From assembly GCA_964649975.1 (NCBI GenBank), contig CAZYSM010000009.1:478-64477 (forward strand): a stretch of 64,000 bases of DNA, read 5' to 3'. Within the stretch, counting starts at the first letter, position 1, and each line of letters opens with the position of its first letter. The notes under the pieces were generated by a model. It was not told the DNA's origin. It ran no database searches and saw nothing but the letters and a program-made list of their open reading frames with translations. This DNA is from an uncultured Bacteroidales bacterium. Lineage in GTDB: Bacteria; Bacteroidota; Bacteroidia; Bacteroidales; S143-33. Positions 10,269 through 18,310 of this stretch are shown here, in pieces. Both the position numbers and the translations under genes were made by a program.

Positions 10269-10601
10269 ATGGATGATAATTTGAAGGATTTTTCAGTCAA
10301 AGAATTAATGACTATTGGTAAGTTTCTGGCTTTGGATCTTAAATACTCACCTGAGTTTGACCATAGGGCACAATTACTTTCCGAGATTTTATTGGAACTG
10401 GAAAACAGAAATGCTATTAACCGTTTGGATGCTGCTGCTGCCCATAAATCTTTGCAGATAGCAGATTTCAAGGGTATCTCCGTATTCCGTCCGGATATGA
10501 AAAGTGTTTCAGCAGAAAAAGTTAACTCTTTTCTCAGAGAAAAAATGAAAAATTTTTCATTGGTTATTAACTGGACTAAATACAAAACACGTAGAAGTTA
10601 G
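10269..10601 (+). CDS. Hypothetical protein
   Basis: 110-aa ORF co-oriented in the operon with plausible composition; no motif recognised. Confidence 0.7.
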   Translation: MDDNLKDFSVKELMTIGKFLALDLKYSPEFDHRAQLLSEILLELENRNAINRLDAAAAHKSLQIADFKGISVFRPDMKSVSAEKVNSFLREKMKNFSLVINWTKYKTRRS

Positions 10602-10681
10602 TCTTATTTTTAACACATAAAAATTTTGAACATAACAGGGAAACTGTATTTTTGCCCGGGAGATAAAAAAATTTTCCTTTT

Positions 10682-12208
10682 ATGCAGGACAAAATACTTG
10701 TTGTTGATTTTGGCTCTCAATATACCCAGTTGATTGTCAGAAAAATACGCGAACTTGATGTTTATTCTGAAATTATACCTTTTAATAAGCTTACTACCCT
10801 GGATGCCTCAGTCAAAGGAGTGATTCTCTCGGGCAGCCCCTATTCGGTGCACGATAGCGACCATCCTGTCATTGATTTGGATAAGATTCTGGGTAAAATA
10901 CCTGTTCTTGGTATCTGCTATGGTGCTCAGTATATCACGCAACACCTGGGCGGAAAAGTAGAGAAATCCGATAAAAGGGAATATGGACGTGCTACACTGA
11001 GATTGGTCTCTCAATCTCCTCTGATCAAAGGCATTGATGATGGGGCGCAGGTATGGATGTCACATTCCGACCATATAGATCAGCTGCCAGAAGGTTTTGA
11101 AATTATTGCCCGGACGGATTCTATCCCCATTGCTGCATTCCATAATCCGGAAAAACGGATTTTTGCGGTGCAGTTCCATCCCGAGGTGTATCATACCTTG
11201 CCCGGAAAAGAGATTCTCAGAAATTTTGTTGTGGATATATGCCGTGCCCGTCAGGATTGGAAACCTGAGGCTTTTATTGAAGCTACTGTCAAACAGATAC
11301 AGGATACTGTGGGCAACGACAAAGTTATCCTCGGAATTTCCGGAGGTGTGGATTCCACTGTAGCAGCTTTCCTGCTGCATAAAGCCATTGGAACTCAACT
11401 GACAGGAATATTTGTGAATACGGGATTATTGCGTTATAAAGAATTTGAAACCGTATTGGATGCTTATAAGCGTCTGGGACTTAATGTTATAGGCGTGGAT
11501 GCTTCTGGGGAATTCCTGCAAGCCCTTGCCGGGGTGACCGACCCCGAACAAAAGCGTAAAATTATTGGACGGAAGTTTGTAGAAGTATTTGACCGTGAGG
11601 CTGCTAAAATAAAAGATGCCCGCTGGCTGGCTCAGGGAACAATTTATCCGGATGTGATTGAAAGCGCTGTAGGCCACCACGCAGCACAGACAATTAAATC
11701 CCATCACAATGTAGGCGGATTGCCAGAGAAAATGAACCTTAAAGTTATTGAGCCTCTGCGTCTGCTTTTCAAGGACGAGGTGCGACAGGTGGGCGAGGCT
11801 TTGCAAATACCCCACGAAATCCTATACCGCCATCCTTTTCCTGGCCCAGGCCTTGCTATACGTATCATCGGAGAGGTGACGCCCGCGAAAGTGCAGTTAC
11901 TCCAGAAAGTGGATAATATTTTCATTGAGGTTCTCAAAGAATATGGGCTTTATGACAGTGTATGGCAGGCTTTTGCCGTACTCCTGCCTGTGCAAACCGT
12001 CGGAGTGATGGGCGACGAACGAACTTATGAATCCGTTGTTGCTCTGAGGGCAGTCAATTCCGTGGACGGAATGACTGCCGATTGGTCACGCCTGCCATAC
12101 GACTTCCTGGCAGATGTCTCTAACAGGATAATTAATCAGGTGCCAGGCGTGAACCGTGTTGTATATGACATTAGCAGTAAACCCCCGGCTACTATTGAAT
12201 GGGAATAG
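10682..12208 (+). CDS. guaA: GMP synthase (glutamine-hydrolysing)
   Basis: [50 protein letters not shown]. Confidence 0.98.
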   Translation: MQDKILVVDFGSQYTQLIVRKIRELDVYSEIIPFNKLTTLDASVKGVILSGSPYSVHDSDHPVIDLDKILGKIPVLGICYGAQYITQHLGGKVEKSDKREYGRATLRLVSQSPLIKGIDDGAQVWMSHSDHIDQLPEGFEIIARTDSIPIAAFHNPEKRIFAVQFHPEVYHTLPGKEILRNFVVDICRARQDWKPEAFIEATVKQIQDTVGNDKVILGISGGVDSTVAAFLLHKAIGTQLTGIFVNTGLLRYKEFETVLDAYKRLGLNVIGVDASGEFLQALAGVTDPEQKRKIIGRKFVEVFDREAAKIKDARWLAQGTIYPDVIESAVGHHAAQTIKSHHNVGGLPEKMNLKVIEPLRLLFKDEVRQVGEALQIPHEILYRHPFPGPGLAIRIIGEVTPAKVQLLQKVDNIFIEVLKEYGLYDSVWQAFAVLLPVQTVGVMGDERTYESVVALRAVNSVDGMTADWSRLPYDFLADVSNRIINQVPGVNRVVYDISSKPPATIEWE

Positions 12209-12220
12209 CCAGTGGCCTGA

Positions 12221-12985
12221 TTATAACTTGATGGTTATTCCGCCAAGCAGGTATATTGACATCACAGCTATAATCGCCATCACCACATAACGAACAAAGA
12301 CAGCGCCTTTCTTAACAGCGAGTTGTGAGGCAAGAAGTGCTCCTACAAAATTACCTATGCCCATTATTATTCCATAGGACCATACTATCTGATGGTGTCC
12401 CCAGAATACAGCCAGACTTAATGGCGTCCACAGCAGAATAATCAGGACTTTTATTGCATTGGCTTTGACAAGGTCATATCCTGCGCCAAGAACTATCCCG
12501 GCCAACAGGGCATACCCTACGCCGATATGTATAAATCCTCCGTAAATACCTATGAAAAAGAATAATACATATTGCCAGAGAGAAAATTTTTTCTTTTGCA
12601 AATCTGCTCTGCCTTTTATCCAGCGTTTGGGATTGAAGGCCATCACTATAAGCAGAATGATAAGGATTATGCCGATTATTTTTTTGATGGTTTCTTCGTT
12701 GAGGTCTGCTGCTATCCACGATCCTATGATAGCTCCTACTATTGCTGGTAAGGATAGCAATATGGCTTTGCGCCATTCCAGAACCCTGTGCCTGCGGAAA
12801 TTTCCAACAGCACCTATGTTTTGTATCAATATTGCTATGCGGTTTGTTCCATTGGCTACATTGGCAGGCAGCCCGAGTAAAATAAATACAGCCAGGGAAA
12901 TTGACGATCCACCGCCGGCCAGAGTATTTACAAAGCCTACTACAATTCCGGCTGTTATCAATATCGCTACTGTCCAGACTTCCAT
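12221..12985 (-). CDS. TauE/SafE family sulfite exporter
   Basis: GFVNTLAGGGS, ANGTNR, GIYGGFI, hydrophobic repeat structure. Confidence 0.9.
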   Translation of the reverse strand: MEVWTVAILITAGIVVGFVNTLAGGGSSISLAVFILLGLPANVANGTNRIAILIQNIGAVGNFRRHRVLEWRKAILLSLPAIVGAIIGSWIAADLNEETIKKIIGIILIILLIVMAFNPKRWIKGRADLQKKKFSLWQYVLFFFIGIYGGFIHIGVGYALLAGIVLGAGYDLVKANAIKVLIILLWTPLSLAVFWGHHQIVWSYGIIMGIGNFVGALLASQLAVKKGAVFVRYVVMAIIAVMSIYLLGGITIKL

Positions 12986-13084
12986 TTTTTAGATCGTTTG
13001 CTTTTTCTCAAAAAAACAAAACATTATCCGTATTTACAAAAACTTTGGTAATTTTGCCTTGCTGAAAATTTTAAGTTTTACATT

Positions 13085-14176
13085 ATGGCATTGAAAGTTG
13101 GAATAGTTGGACTTCCTAACAGCGGAAAAACTACAATATTTAACTGTTTTTCGGACACAAAAGCAGAGGCTGGCGTAGGTTTTGCCACTAAGTCAAATTT
13201 TGGAACGGCTCGGGTGCCAGACCCTCGTCTTTACGAATTGGCAAAACTGCAACCTACCGAAAAAATCATTCATACTACCATTGAGTTTGTGGATATACCT
13301 GGCCTGCGCCGTGGCAGTGGACGTAGTGGTTCTTCTTTTCTTAATGACATCAGGAATGTAGATGCTCTGGTGCACGTCGTGCGTTGTTTTGACGACCCTA
13401 ATGTTCCGCACGAGGACGGTTCAGTTGACCCTATCCGGGATATTGAAACATTGAATATTGAACTGCAGCAGAAGGACCTGGATTCCATTGAAAAACGTCT
13501 GGAAAAGATTGAGAAAAAGGCTCGTTTTGGCGATAAATCCTTACAAAAACAGGTGGAAGTCCTCAAAAGAGCCAAGGAACATCTTGAAAATTTTCAGAAC
13601 CTTCGGACTTTGGAACTTAAAGACGCTGAGAAAGAATTACTTGCAGAGCTTTTTCCTTTGACCATAAAGCCAGTTTTATACGTGGCCAATGTAGATGATG
13701 AAGCTGCTGCCGAAGGCAACGAATATAGTGCTGCTATGGAAGCCTGGATTAAGGAAAATGACCCCGGGGCAGAGGTGCTTATCATTGCTGCCAGGCTTGA
13801 GGCTGAGATTGCCGAGCTGGAACCTGAGGACAGGGAGGAATTCCTCAAGGATGCTGGTCTGACTGAACCCGGTGTTAATAAGCTCATTGCTGCTGCATAT
13901 AGATTGTTGGATTTGCAGACATTCTTCACTGTTGGTCCAAAAGAAATCCGTGCCTGGACTATCCGTCGCGGATCTACTGCTCCTGAGGCTGCTGGAGTGA
14001 TACATTCCGACCTTCAGCGTGGATTTATCCGTGCCGAGGTTATGCATTATGACGATTTTATCAAATACGGGTCTGAGCAGGAAGTTAAAAAAGCCGGAAA
14101 ATTTTATCTTGAGGGTAAGGATTACGTTGTCCAGGAAGGAGATATATTGCACATTAGGTTTAATGTAAGTAAATGA
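13085..14176 (+). CDS. ychF: Redox-regulated ATPase YchF (Obg family)
   Basis: GIVGLPNSGKTT, HVVRCF, FFTVGPKEIRAWT, APEAAGVIHSD, GFIRAEV, EGKDYVVQEGD. Confidence 0.95.
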   Translation: MALKVGIVGLPNSGKTTIFNCFSDTKAEAGVGFATKSNFGTARVPDPRLYELAKLQPTEKIIHTTIEFVDIPGLRRGSGRSGSSFLNDIRNVDALVHVVRCFDDPNVPHEDGSVDPIRDIETLNIELQQKDLDSIEKRLEKIEKKARFGDKSLQKQVEVLKRAKEHLENFQNLRTLELKDAEKELLAELFPLTIKPVLYVANVDDEAAAEGNEYSAAMEAWIKENDPGAEVLIIAARLEAEIAELEPEDREEFLKDAGLTEPGVNKLIAAAYRLLDLQTFFTVGPKEIRAWTIRRGSTAPEAAGVIHSDLQRGFIRAEVMHYDDFIKYGSEQEVKKAGKFYLEGKDYVVQEGDILHIRFNVSK

Positions 14177-14177
14177 T

Positions 14178-14209
14178 TTTGACGTTTTATAAATAAAGTT
14201 TTATCTTTG
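14178..14209 (+). promoter_or_regulatory. Bacteroidota sigma70-type promoter for greA
   Basis: TTTG (14178-14181), 20 nt spacer, TATCTTTG (14202-14209) fits the -33/-7 consensus. Confidence 0.7.
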
Positions 14210-14219
14210 TCACAGAAAT

Positions 14220-14266
14220 AATCCCTGCCGCTGAGTTATCAGAAGGCGGGGATTTGTTTTTGTTTT
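14220..14266 (+). terminator. Terminator-like hairpin between the promoter and greA (ychF terminator and/or greA leader attenuator)
   Basis: AATCCCTGCC/GGCGGGGATT stem followed by TGTTTTTGTTTT. Confidence 0.65.
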
Positions 14267-14294
14267 AATTCCTTAAAAATTAAAAAAATAGCTT

Positions 14295-14771
14295 ATGTCT
14301 GACAAGACTTTTTATGTTTCCAAGGAAGGCCTGGAAAAACTGAAAAAAGAACTTGAATATCTCACCAAGGTAGAACGTCCGCGTATTTCCCAGCAAATTG
14401 CCGAAGCTCGTGATAAGGGTGATTTATCCGAGAACGCCGAATATGATGCTGCCAAAGAGGCACAGGGTATGCTGGAGATGAAAATAGCCGAGCTTCAGCA
14501 GAAAATACGTAATGCAAGAGTGATTGACGAAAGTCAGCTTAATGCCGAGACTGTTAATATTATGACGCGTGTTAAGCTCAAAAATCTTAAAACTGATAAA
14601 GTAGTAGAATATACCATTGTTCCGGAGAACGAGAGTGATTTCCGGGCTGGTAAAATCGCTGTAAATACGCCTATTGCAAAAGGACTTTTGGGAAAAAAGA
14701 AAGGAGAAAAAGTTCAGATTCAGGTGCCTGCTGGACTTCTGGAATTTGAAATTCTGGATATTTCTATATAA
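14295..14771 (+). CDS. greA: Transcription elongation factor GreA
   Basis: EARDKGDLSENAEYDAAKE, TPIAKGLLGKK. Confidence 0.97.
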   Translation: MSDKTFYVSKEGLEKLKKELEYLTKVERPRISQQIAEARDKGDLSENAEYDAAKEAQGMLEMKIAELQQKIRNARVIDESQLNAETVNIMTRVKLKNLKTDKVVEYTIVPENESDFRAGKIAVNTPIAKGLLGKKKGEKVQIQVPAGLLEFEILDISI

Positions 14772-14801
14772 TACTGTGTCATAGCGCTTTGTTTCCTATT
14801 G

Positions 14802-14826
14802 GGCCGCCGTCGGGGCGGCTTTTTTT
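14802..14826 (+). terminator. Intrinsic terminator after greA
   Basis: GCCGCC/GGCGGC stem followed by a T-run. Confidence 0.7.
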
Positions 14827-15244
14827 ATTCTGAGATGAATTTTACAACAGAATAGACAAGATTGTTCAAATCTTTCAAGGATCCTTTATAAAGGATATTG
14901 ATGTTTTCGGTGTAGGATTGTAGATGGAAATATAATGATTTGAAAAATAACCATCTGCGTGTCTGAGAATATCCTACTTCCCGTATGGAGTTTTTTGTCA
15001 GAGTATTTACTACAACGTTACGCGGAATGAAATATAAAACCGTTTCTTTGTCAATTTTTACTATTCTTTTGTTAGTGATTATCAAATAAGTTTTTAGCTT
15101 ATACCCGAAAATCATTGCAAAAAAACGGAAGATTGCTGTGAAAAATCTGACCAGTGGATTTGGAGATGTAGTGTAGGCATTTCCTTCTATTTTAAGCAAA
15201 ACTTTTTCATTCTCAAGTAATGTAAGTTCTTTAAAATCATTCAT
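14825..15244 (-). CDS. Hypothetical protein, possible bacterial PH-like domain
   Basis: L.ENEKVL and YLIITNKRIV motifs typical of bPH domains; the start could be 15262. Confidence 0.6.
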   Translation of the reverse strand: MNDFKELTLLENEKVLLKIEGNAYTTSPNPLVRFFTAIFRFFAMIFGYKLKTYLIITNKRIVKIDKETVLYFIPRNVVVNTLTKNSIREVGYSQTRRWLFFKSLYFHLQSYTENINILYKGSLKDLNNLVYSVVKFISE

Positions 15245-15375
15245 TTTCCTGTTCTTTTGCATTTATTCAAAAATATATTTTTCCATTAAGATTTAGAATT
15301 TTCTTTTTGAGGTTTTAGAGAGGAAATTTGTTTATAATTTTTTAAATTTGCATAAAACTAAAAAAATCAATAGTC

Positions 15376-15792
15376 ATGGCTTCGGTATTTACTAAGATAG
15401 TAAAAGGGGAAATTCCGGCTTATAAAATAGCAGAGGACGACAAATTCCTGGCCTTTTTGGATATTAATCCGGTAGCAGAAGGCCATACCCTCGTCATTCC
15501 TAAGCAAGAGATTGATTACTTGTTTGATATTGAGGATGATTTACTTGCTGATATGATTGTTTTTGCCAAAAAAGTAGCAAAGGCTCTGGACAAAGCCATA
15601 GAGTGCAAACGTGTTGGCGTTATGGTGGTAGGAACAGAAGTGCCGCATGCCCATATTCATCTGGTGCCCTTTAAGAATGAGCCTCAAGTGTGTATTGTTG
15701 CACCAAAATTGAAATTTACTGATGAAGAATTTAAAGCTATTGCTGCTAAAATCCGTGAATATATTCCTGAGGAAATAGCTGTTAAAAATTAA
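15376..15792 (+). CDS. HIT family nucleotide hydrolase
   Basis: FTKIVKGEIP, FLDINP, GHTLVIPK, VPHAHIHL histidine triad. Confidence 0.95.
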   Translation: MASVFTKIVKGEIPAYKIAEDDKFLAFLDINPVAEGHTLVIPKQEIDYLFDIEDDLLADMIVFAKKVAKALDKAIECKRVGVMVVGTEVPHAHIHLVPFKNEPQVCIVAPKLKFTDEEFKAIAAKIREYIPEEIAVKN

Positions 15793-16214
15793 TGTTTATG
15801 GACCTGGTTGTTTCAGAGGGGTATTATGATATTTTTTATTCGCAGCAGAAGAAAATTATGCTTATCCGCTGGAAAGTCAAAGTGCTTGATCTTTCGCTTA
15901 TTGAATATAAAGAAATAATGTTTAGGGCCTACGAGTATCTAACAATATTGGATACGGATTACTTGATCCAGGACGGGTCGGATGCTGTTTTTCCGGCTAC
16001 GCTTGAAGCAAATGACTGGATTGTGAAAAATATTTCGCCACGTTTTGCTCAGGTAGGATTGAAAAAGATAGCTTACATAATACCACGGGATGATCGCACC
16101 CTTGAAGGACTGGAAAAAATGGTTGATAAAAGTTTAAGTGTTTTTCCGCAGGTTGAACGAAGACTTTTCCCGGATATAGATAAGGCTATGGCATGGATAA
16201 AAGGTAATATTTAG
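15792..16214 (+). CDS. STAS/SEC14 (SpoIIAA-like) small protein
   Basis: W...ISPRFAQVGLKKIAYIIP and C-terminal F.DIDKAMAWI, typical of Bacteroidota SpoIIAA-like proteins. Confidence 0.7.
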   Translation: MFMDLVVSEGYYDIFYSQQKKIMLIRWKVKVLDLSLIEYKEIMFRAYEYLTILDTDYLIQDGSDAVFPATLEANDWIVKNISPRFAQVGLKKIAYIIPRDDRTLEGLEKMVDKSLSVFPQVERRLFPDIDKAMAWIKGNI

Positions 16215-16322
16215 ATATTGCTTGCTTTTAGTGATGTTTGAAAGATAGGAAAAATGCATAGTTAGGATGTAATAGAAAAATGAAGTAATTTGTAAATGCT
16301 CTCTGATATTATAACTATCCAC

Positions 16323-16353
16323 TTGACAAAAAGTAATAAATTTCATATCTTAG
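16323..16353 (+). promoter_or_regulatory. Promoter of putative sRNA 1
   Basis: TTGACA, 17 nt, TATCTT; also reads as TTG...TATCTTAG, a near match to Bacteroidota TAnnTTTG. The boxes are conserved in copy B while the spacer diverges. Confidence 0.75.
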
Positions 16354-16357
16354 CCTT

Positions 16358-16472
16358 GCGTCGTTAAATAGCCGGTCCGGGAGTGACGCCCCGGACCGCC
16401 CACTGGTTCCGGTGGTAATAATGGAACGTGACGGGGCGCTGTAATAGATTTATCTTAGCGCCCCGTTTTTTT
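16358..16472 (+). ncRNA. Putative structured small RNA 1 (~115 nt), unknown family
   Basis: Promoter upstream; GGTCCGGG/CCCGGACC stem whose loop AGTGACGC is complementary to the 5' GCGTCGTT; second hairpin; ACGGGGCGCT/AGCGCCCCGT terminator plus T7; no ORF. Confidence 0.65.
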
Positions 16473-16827
16473 ATTAGTTTTTTGTGGAATATTCTGTTTA
16501 TTAGATGGTTGTAGTTGTTGAGAGATAAAAATGAGTCTTAGTATCAGCAAAAGGGCGAGATATTTTGGCGTGGCATTACATAGTCCAAATATTGCAGGAT
16601 ATTAAGAGTGGGAGAGTAAAGGTTAGTTATTAATTTCATTAATTTAGGGGAAGTAAAATTTTGAAAATCAATAAAATATCCTAATAACGAGATTAAAATA
16701 AGTCAATTAAACTTTAAAAAGTTAAAACTTTAATAATCAGTGTATTGTGTAAATCAAATTCTTTTATTTCTGACTTTTTTGTCATCCCCATCATGATTTT
16801 TTAGATAGCCTCTTGTTTTTGCATTAC

Positions 16828-16858
16828 TTGACAAAAATAGATGGATTTCGTATATTAG
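16828..16858 (+). promoter_or_regulatory. Promoter of putative sRNA 2
   Basis: TTGACA, 17 nt, TATATT(AG). Confidence 0.75.
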
Positions 16859-16862
16859 TCTT

Positions 16863-16979
16863 GCGTCGTAAAACAGTGGTCCGGGAGTGACGCCCTGGAC
16901 CCCTCCGGGCGTAGGTCCCGGCTTTTTATTTAAACGGGGAACTCACCAAGACATGATTTCGGTGAGCGCCCCGTTTTTT
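16863..16979 (+). ncRNA. Putative structured small RNA 2 (~117 nt), paralog of sRNA 1
   Basis: 5' GCGTCGT; GGTCCGGG-AGTGACGC-CCTGGACC stem-loop (G-U keeps pairing); CCGGG/CCCGG hairpin; AAACGGGG..CTCACC/GGTGAG..CCCCGTTT terminator plus T-run. Confidence 0.65.
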
Positions 16980-17132
16980 ATTAGTTTTTTGTGGAATATT
17001 CTGTTTATTAGATGGTTGTAGTTGTTGAGAGATAAAAATGAGTCTTAGTATCAGCAAAAAGCAGGTATATATTTGGCGTGACATTACATTGGTCAATATT
17101 GCAGGATATAAGAGAGTAGAGGGGAGCAAGGT

Positions 17133-17354
17133 TTAATAGTCAAGTATTTTTCCTAAAATAATAAGAAAAATTATGCTAGCTGGGAGACTAATCAAAAAAA
17201 TATTGTCAGTAATTAAAGATATTAAATAAGGAATTAAAAATAATGAAATTGTTAAAGCTAATGCTTCAAAAGTTTTTTCTGTTAAATATTTAAAGTATTT
17301 ATCTAATAACCAGAAGATAATAATAATCCATCCTATAATAACTAAAGTTGTCAT
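17133..17354 (-). CDS. Small hydrophobic membrane protein (73 aa, ~3 TM)
   Basis: ATG-started ORF with three hydrophobic stretches; size and layout match its neighbours. Confidence 0.7.
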   Translation of the reverse strand: MTTLVIIGWIIIIFWLLDKYFKYLTEKTFEALALTISLFLIPYLISLITDNIFLISLPASIIFLIILGKILDY

Positions 17355-17369
17355 ATATGCAAGATTTGT

Positions 17370-17597
17370 TTATAATTCATTAATTAAACTGTAAATAGCT
17401 AAAAAGCCTGTATAAATGAGATATTCTATAAAGACTATTTCAAAGATGTTTTTGCCTATGAAGGGAACAGGCATCATAATTAAAATTAGTACATATAGAA
17501 AACCATCAGTTTTGATATCTTCCCAATAACGTATGGTCAATGCCACAGGAAGTGAGATTAGGAGTATAAAAAATATTATGATAAAAAATATTTCCAT
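17370..17597 (-). CDS. Small hydrophobic membrane protein (75 aa, ~3 TM), paralog of 18311-18529
   Basis: Shares W[ED][DK]IK...LY...P...N[IL][FY]E...AI with the 72-aa ORF. Confidence 0.75.
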   Translation of the reverse strand: MEIFFIIIFFILLISLPVALTIRYWEDIKTDGFLYVLILIMMPVPFIGKNIFEIVFIEYLIYTGFLAIYSLINEL

Positions 17598-17717
17598 CCC
17601 AGTTCAGTGATTTTATCTTATTTCCGAAAAAAATTAAAAAAATAAGAATAAATGTCAAATTGCGAATTATGTAATTCTTTCGGAAGTGCTGAACTTGACA
17701 TTAATAGATTATAACTT

Positions 17718-17788
17718 GTGTACATCGGCAGAGGGGATGTACACTCCTCTCTGACAGGCGGATGCCTATACGGCGTCCGCATTTTTTT
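17718..17788 (+). ncRNA. Putative structured small RNA 3 (~70 nt; pseudoknot-capable plus terminator)
   Basis: GTGTACATC/GATGTACAC stem with loop CAGAGGG complementary to downstream CTCTCTG; GCGGATGCC/GGCGTCCGC plus T7 terminator; TTGACA at 17695 but with non-canonical -10 spacing. Confidence 0.5.
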
Positions 17789-17806
17789 ATAATTGTTAGA
17801 TTATCA

Positions 17807-18147
17807 TTATAGATATAAAAACAGAAATTCTGCGCTAATCTTGTCCTTTAGTCCGTAAATCCTGTGTTTTAGATTGTTTATATCAAAATAGTATTGACTG
17901 TAAATGATAATTATTTCCGCACGTTTGTTCTCTATAATCTTTCTTATAAAACCATTATTTTGGGCGTGCTTAATAATTTGATTTCAGCAGTTTTTCCGTT
18001 AATTAGTGCATCTATATTTATTTGCTCTGCAAATATTTCATCATGATTATGCTGCTTCAGTGTCTCAGCAGTAGCTACTTCAGACCAACCTGTGTTAGGG
18101 TCAAAATTGTGCTTTTTATGTATAACTGTATAAGTTCCTTTTCCCAG
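17807..18147 (-). pseudogene. Frameshifted remnant of a PD-(D/E)XK-fold, CdiA-C/MuF-toxin-like nuclease domain
   Basis: Frame 1 (18147-17944) reads ...HKKHNFDPNTGWSEVATAETL...IDALINGKTAEIKLLS; it continues in another frame as NNGFIRKIIENKRAEIIIIYSQ...EFLFLYL* (stop 17807); no ATG start. Confidence 0.55.
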
Positions 18148-18310
18148 TTAAAACTATAAATAAAGGTGTTGGTTTAACTTTTATCCTGGTGAGCTTGTCC
18201 TTTATATTTGTTTTGTTGTTAAAAGACAAGAATAGTTTTTGTAGTAATGAAGTATTTTTTATTTTCTCTCATATAAGTGTTGCAAGGATATAAAGGAGCG
18301 TGAGAGTAAG

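Larger units (their letters stand above)
16321..16625 (+). repeat. Direct repeat copy A of a ~305-bp non-coding unit
   Basis: Aligns with 16826-17135; 16457-16552 is identical to 16965-17059 except for one T in a T-run. Confidence 0.95.
16826..17135 (+). repeat. Direct repeat copy B of the ~305-bp non-coding unit
   Basis: Homologous to 16321-16625 at an offset of about 505-510 bp. Confidence 0.95.

Noticed and set aside
16926-17129. 67-aa - strand ORF spanning repeat copy B
   Set aside because: The homologous DNA in copy A has frame-breaking indels and stops, the start is TTG, and it overlaps the terminator; the repeat is better explained as non-coding.
16321-17135. CRISPR array or integron attC cassette interpretation of the repeats
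   Set aside because: There are only two ~305-bp copies, no 25-45 bp repeat-spacer periodicity, no cas or integrase gene, and no clear RYYYAAC...GTTRRRY attC ends.
16358-17788. Self-cleaving ribozyme (hammerhead, HDV/theta) or known riboswitch identity for the structured RNAs
   Set aside because: I could not find the CUGANGA/GAAA core or the HDV nested double-pseudoknot order by eye, and no gene lies downstream on the same strand to regulate; an Rfam search is still needed.
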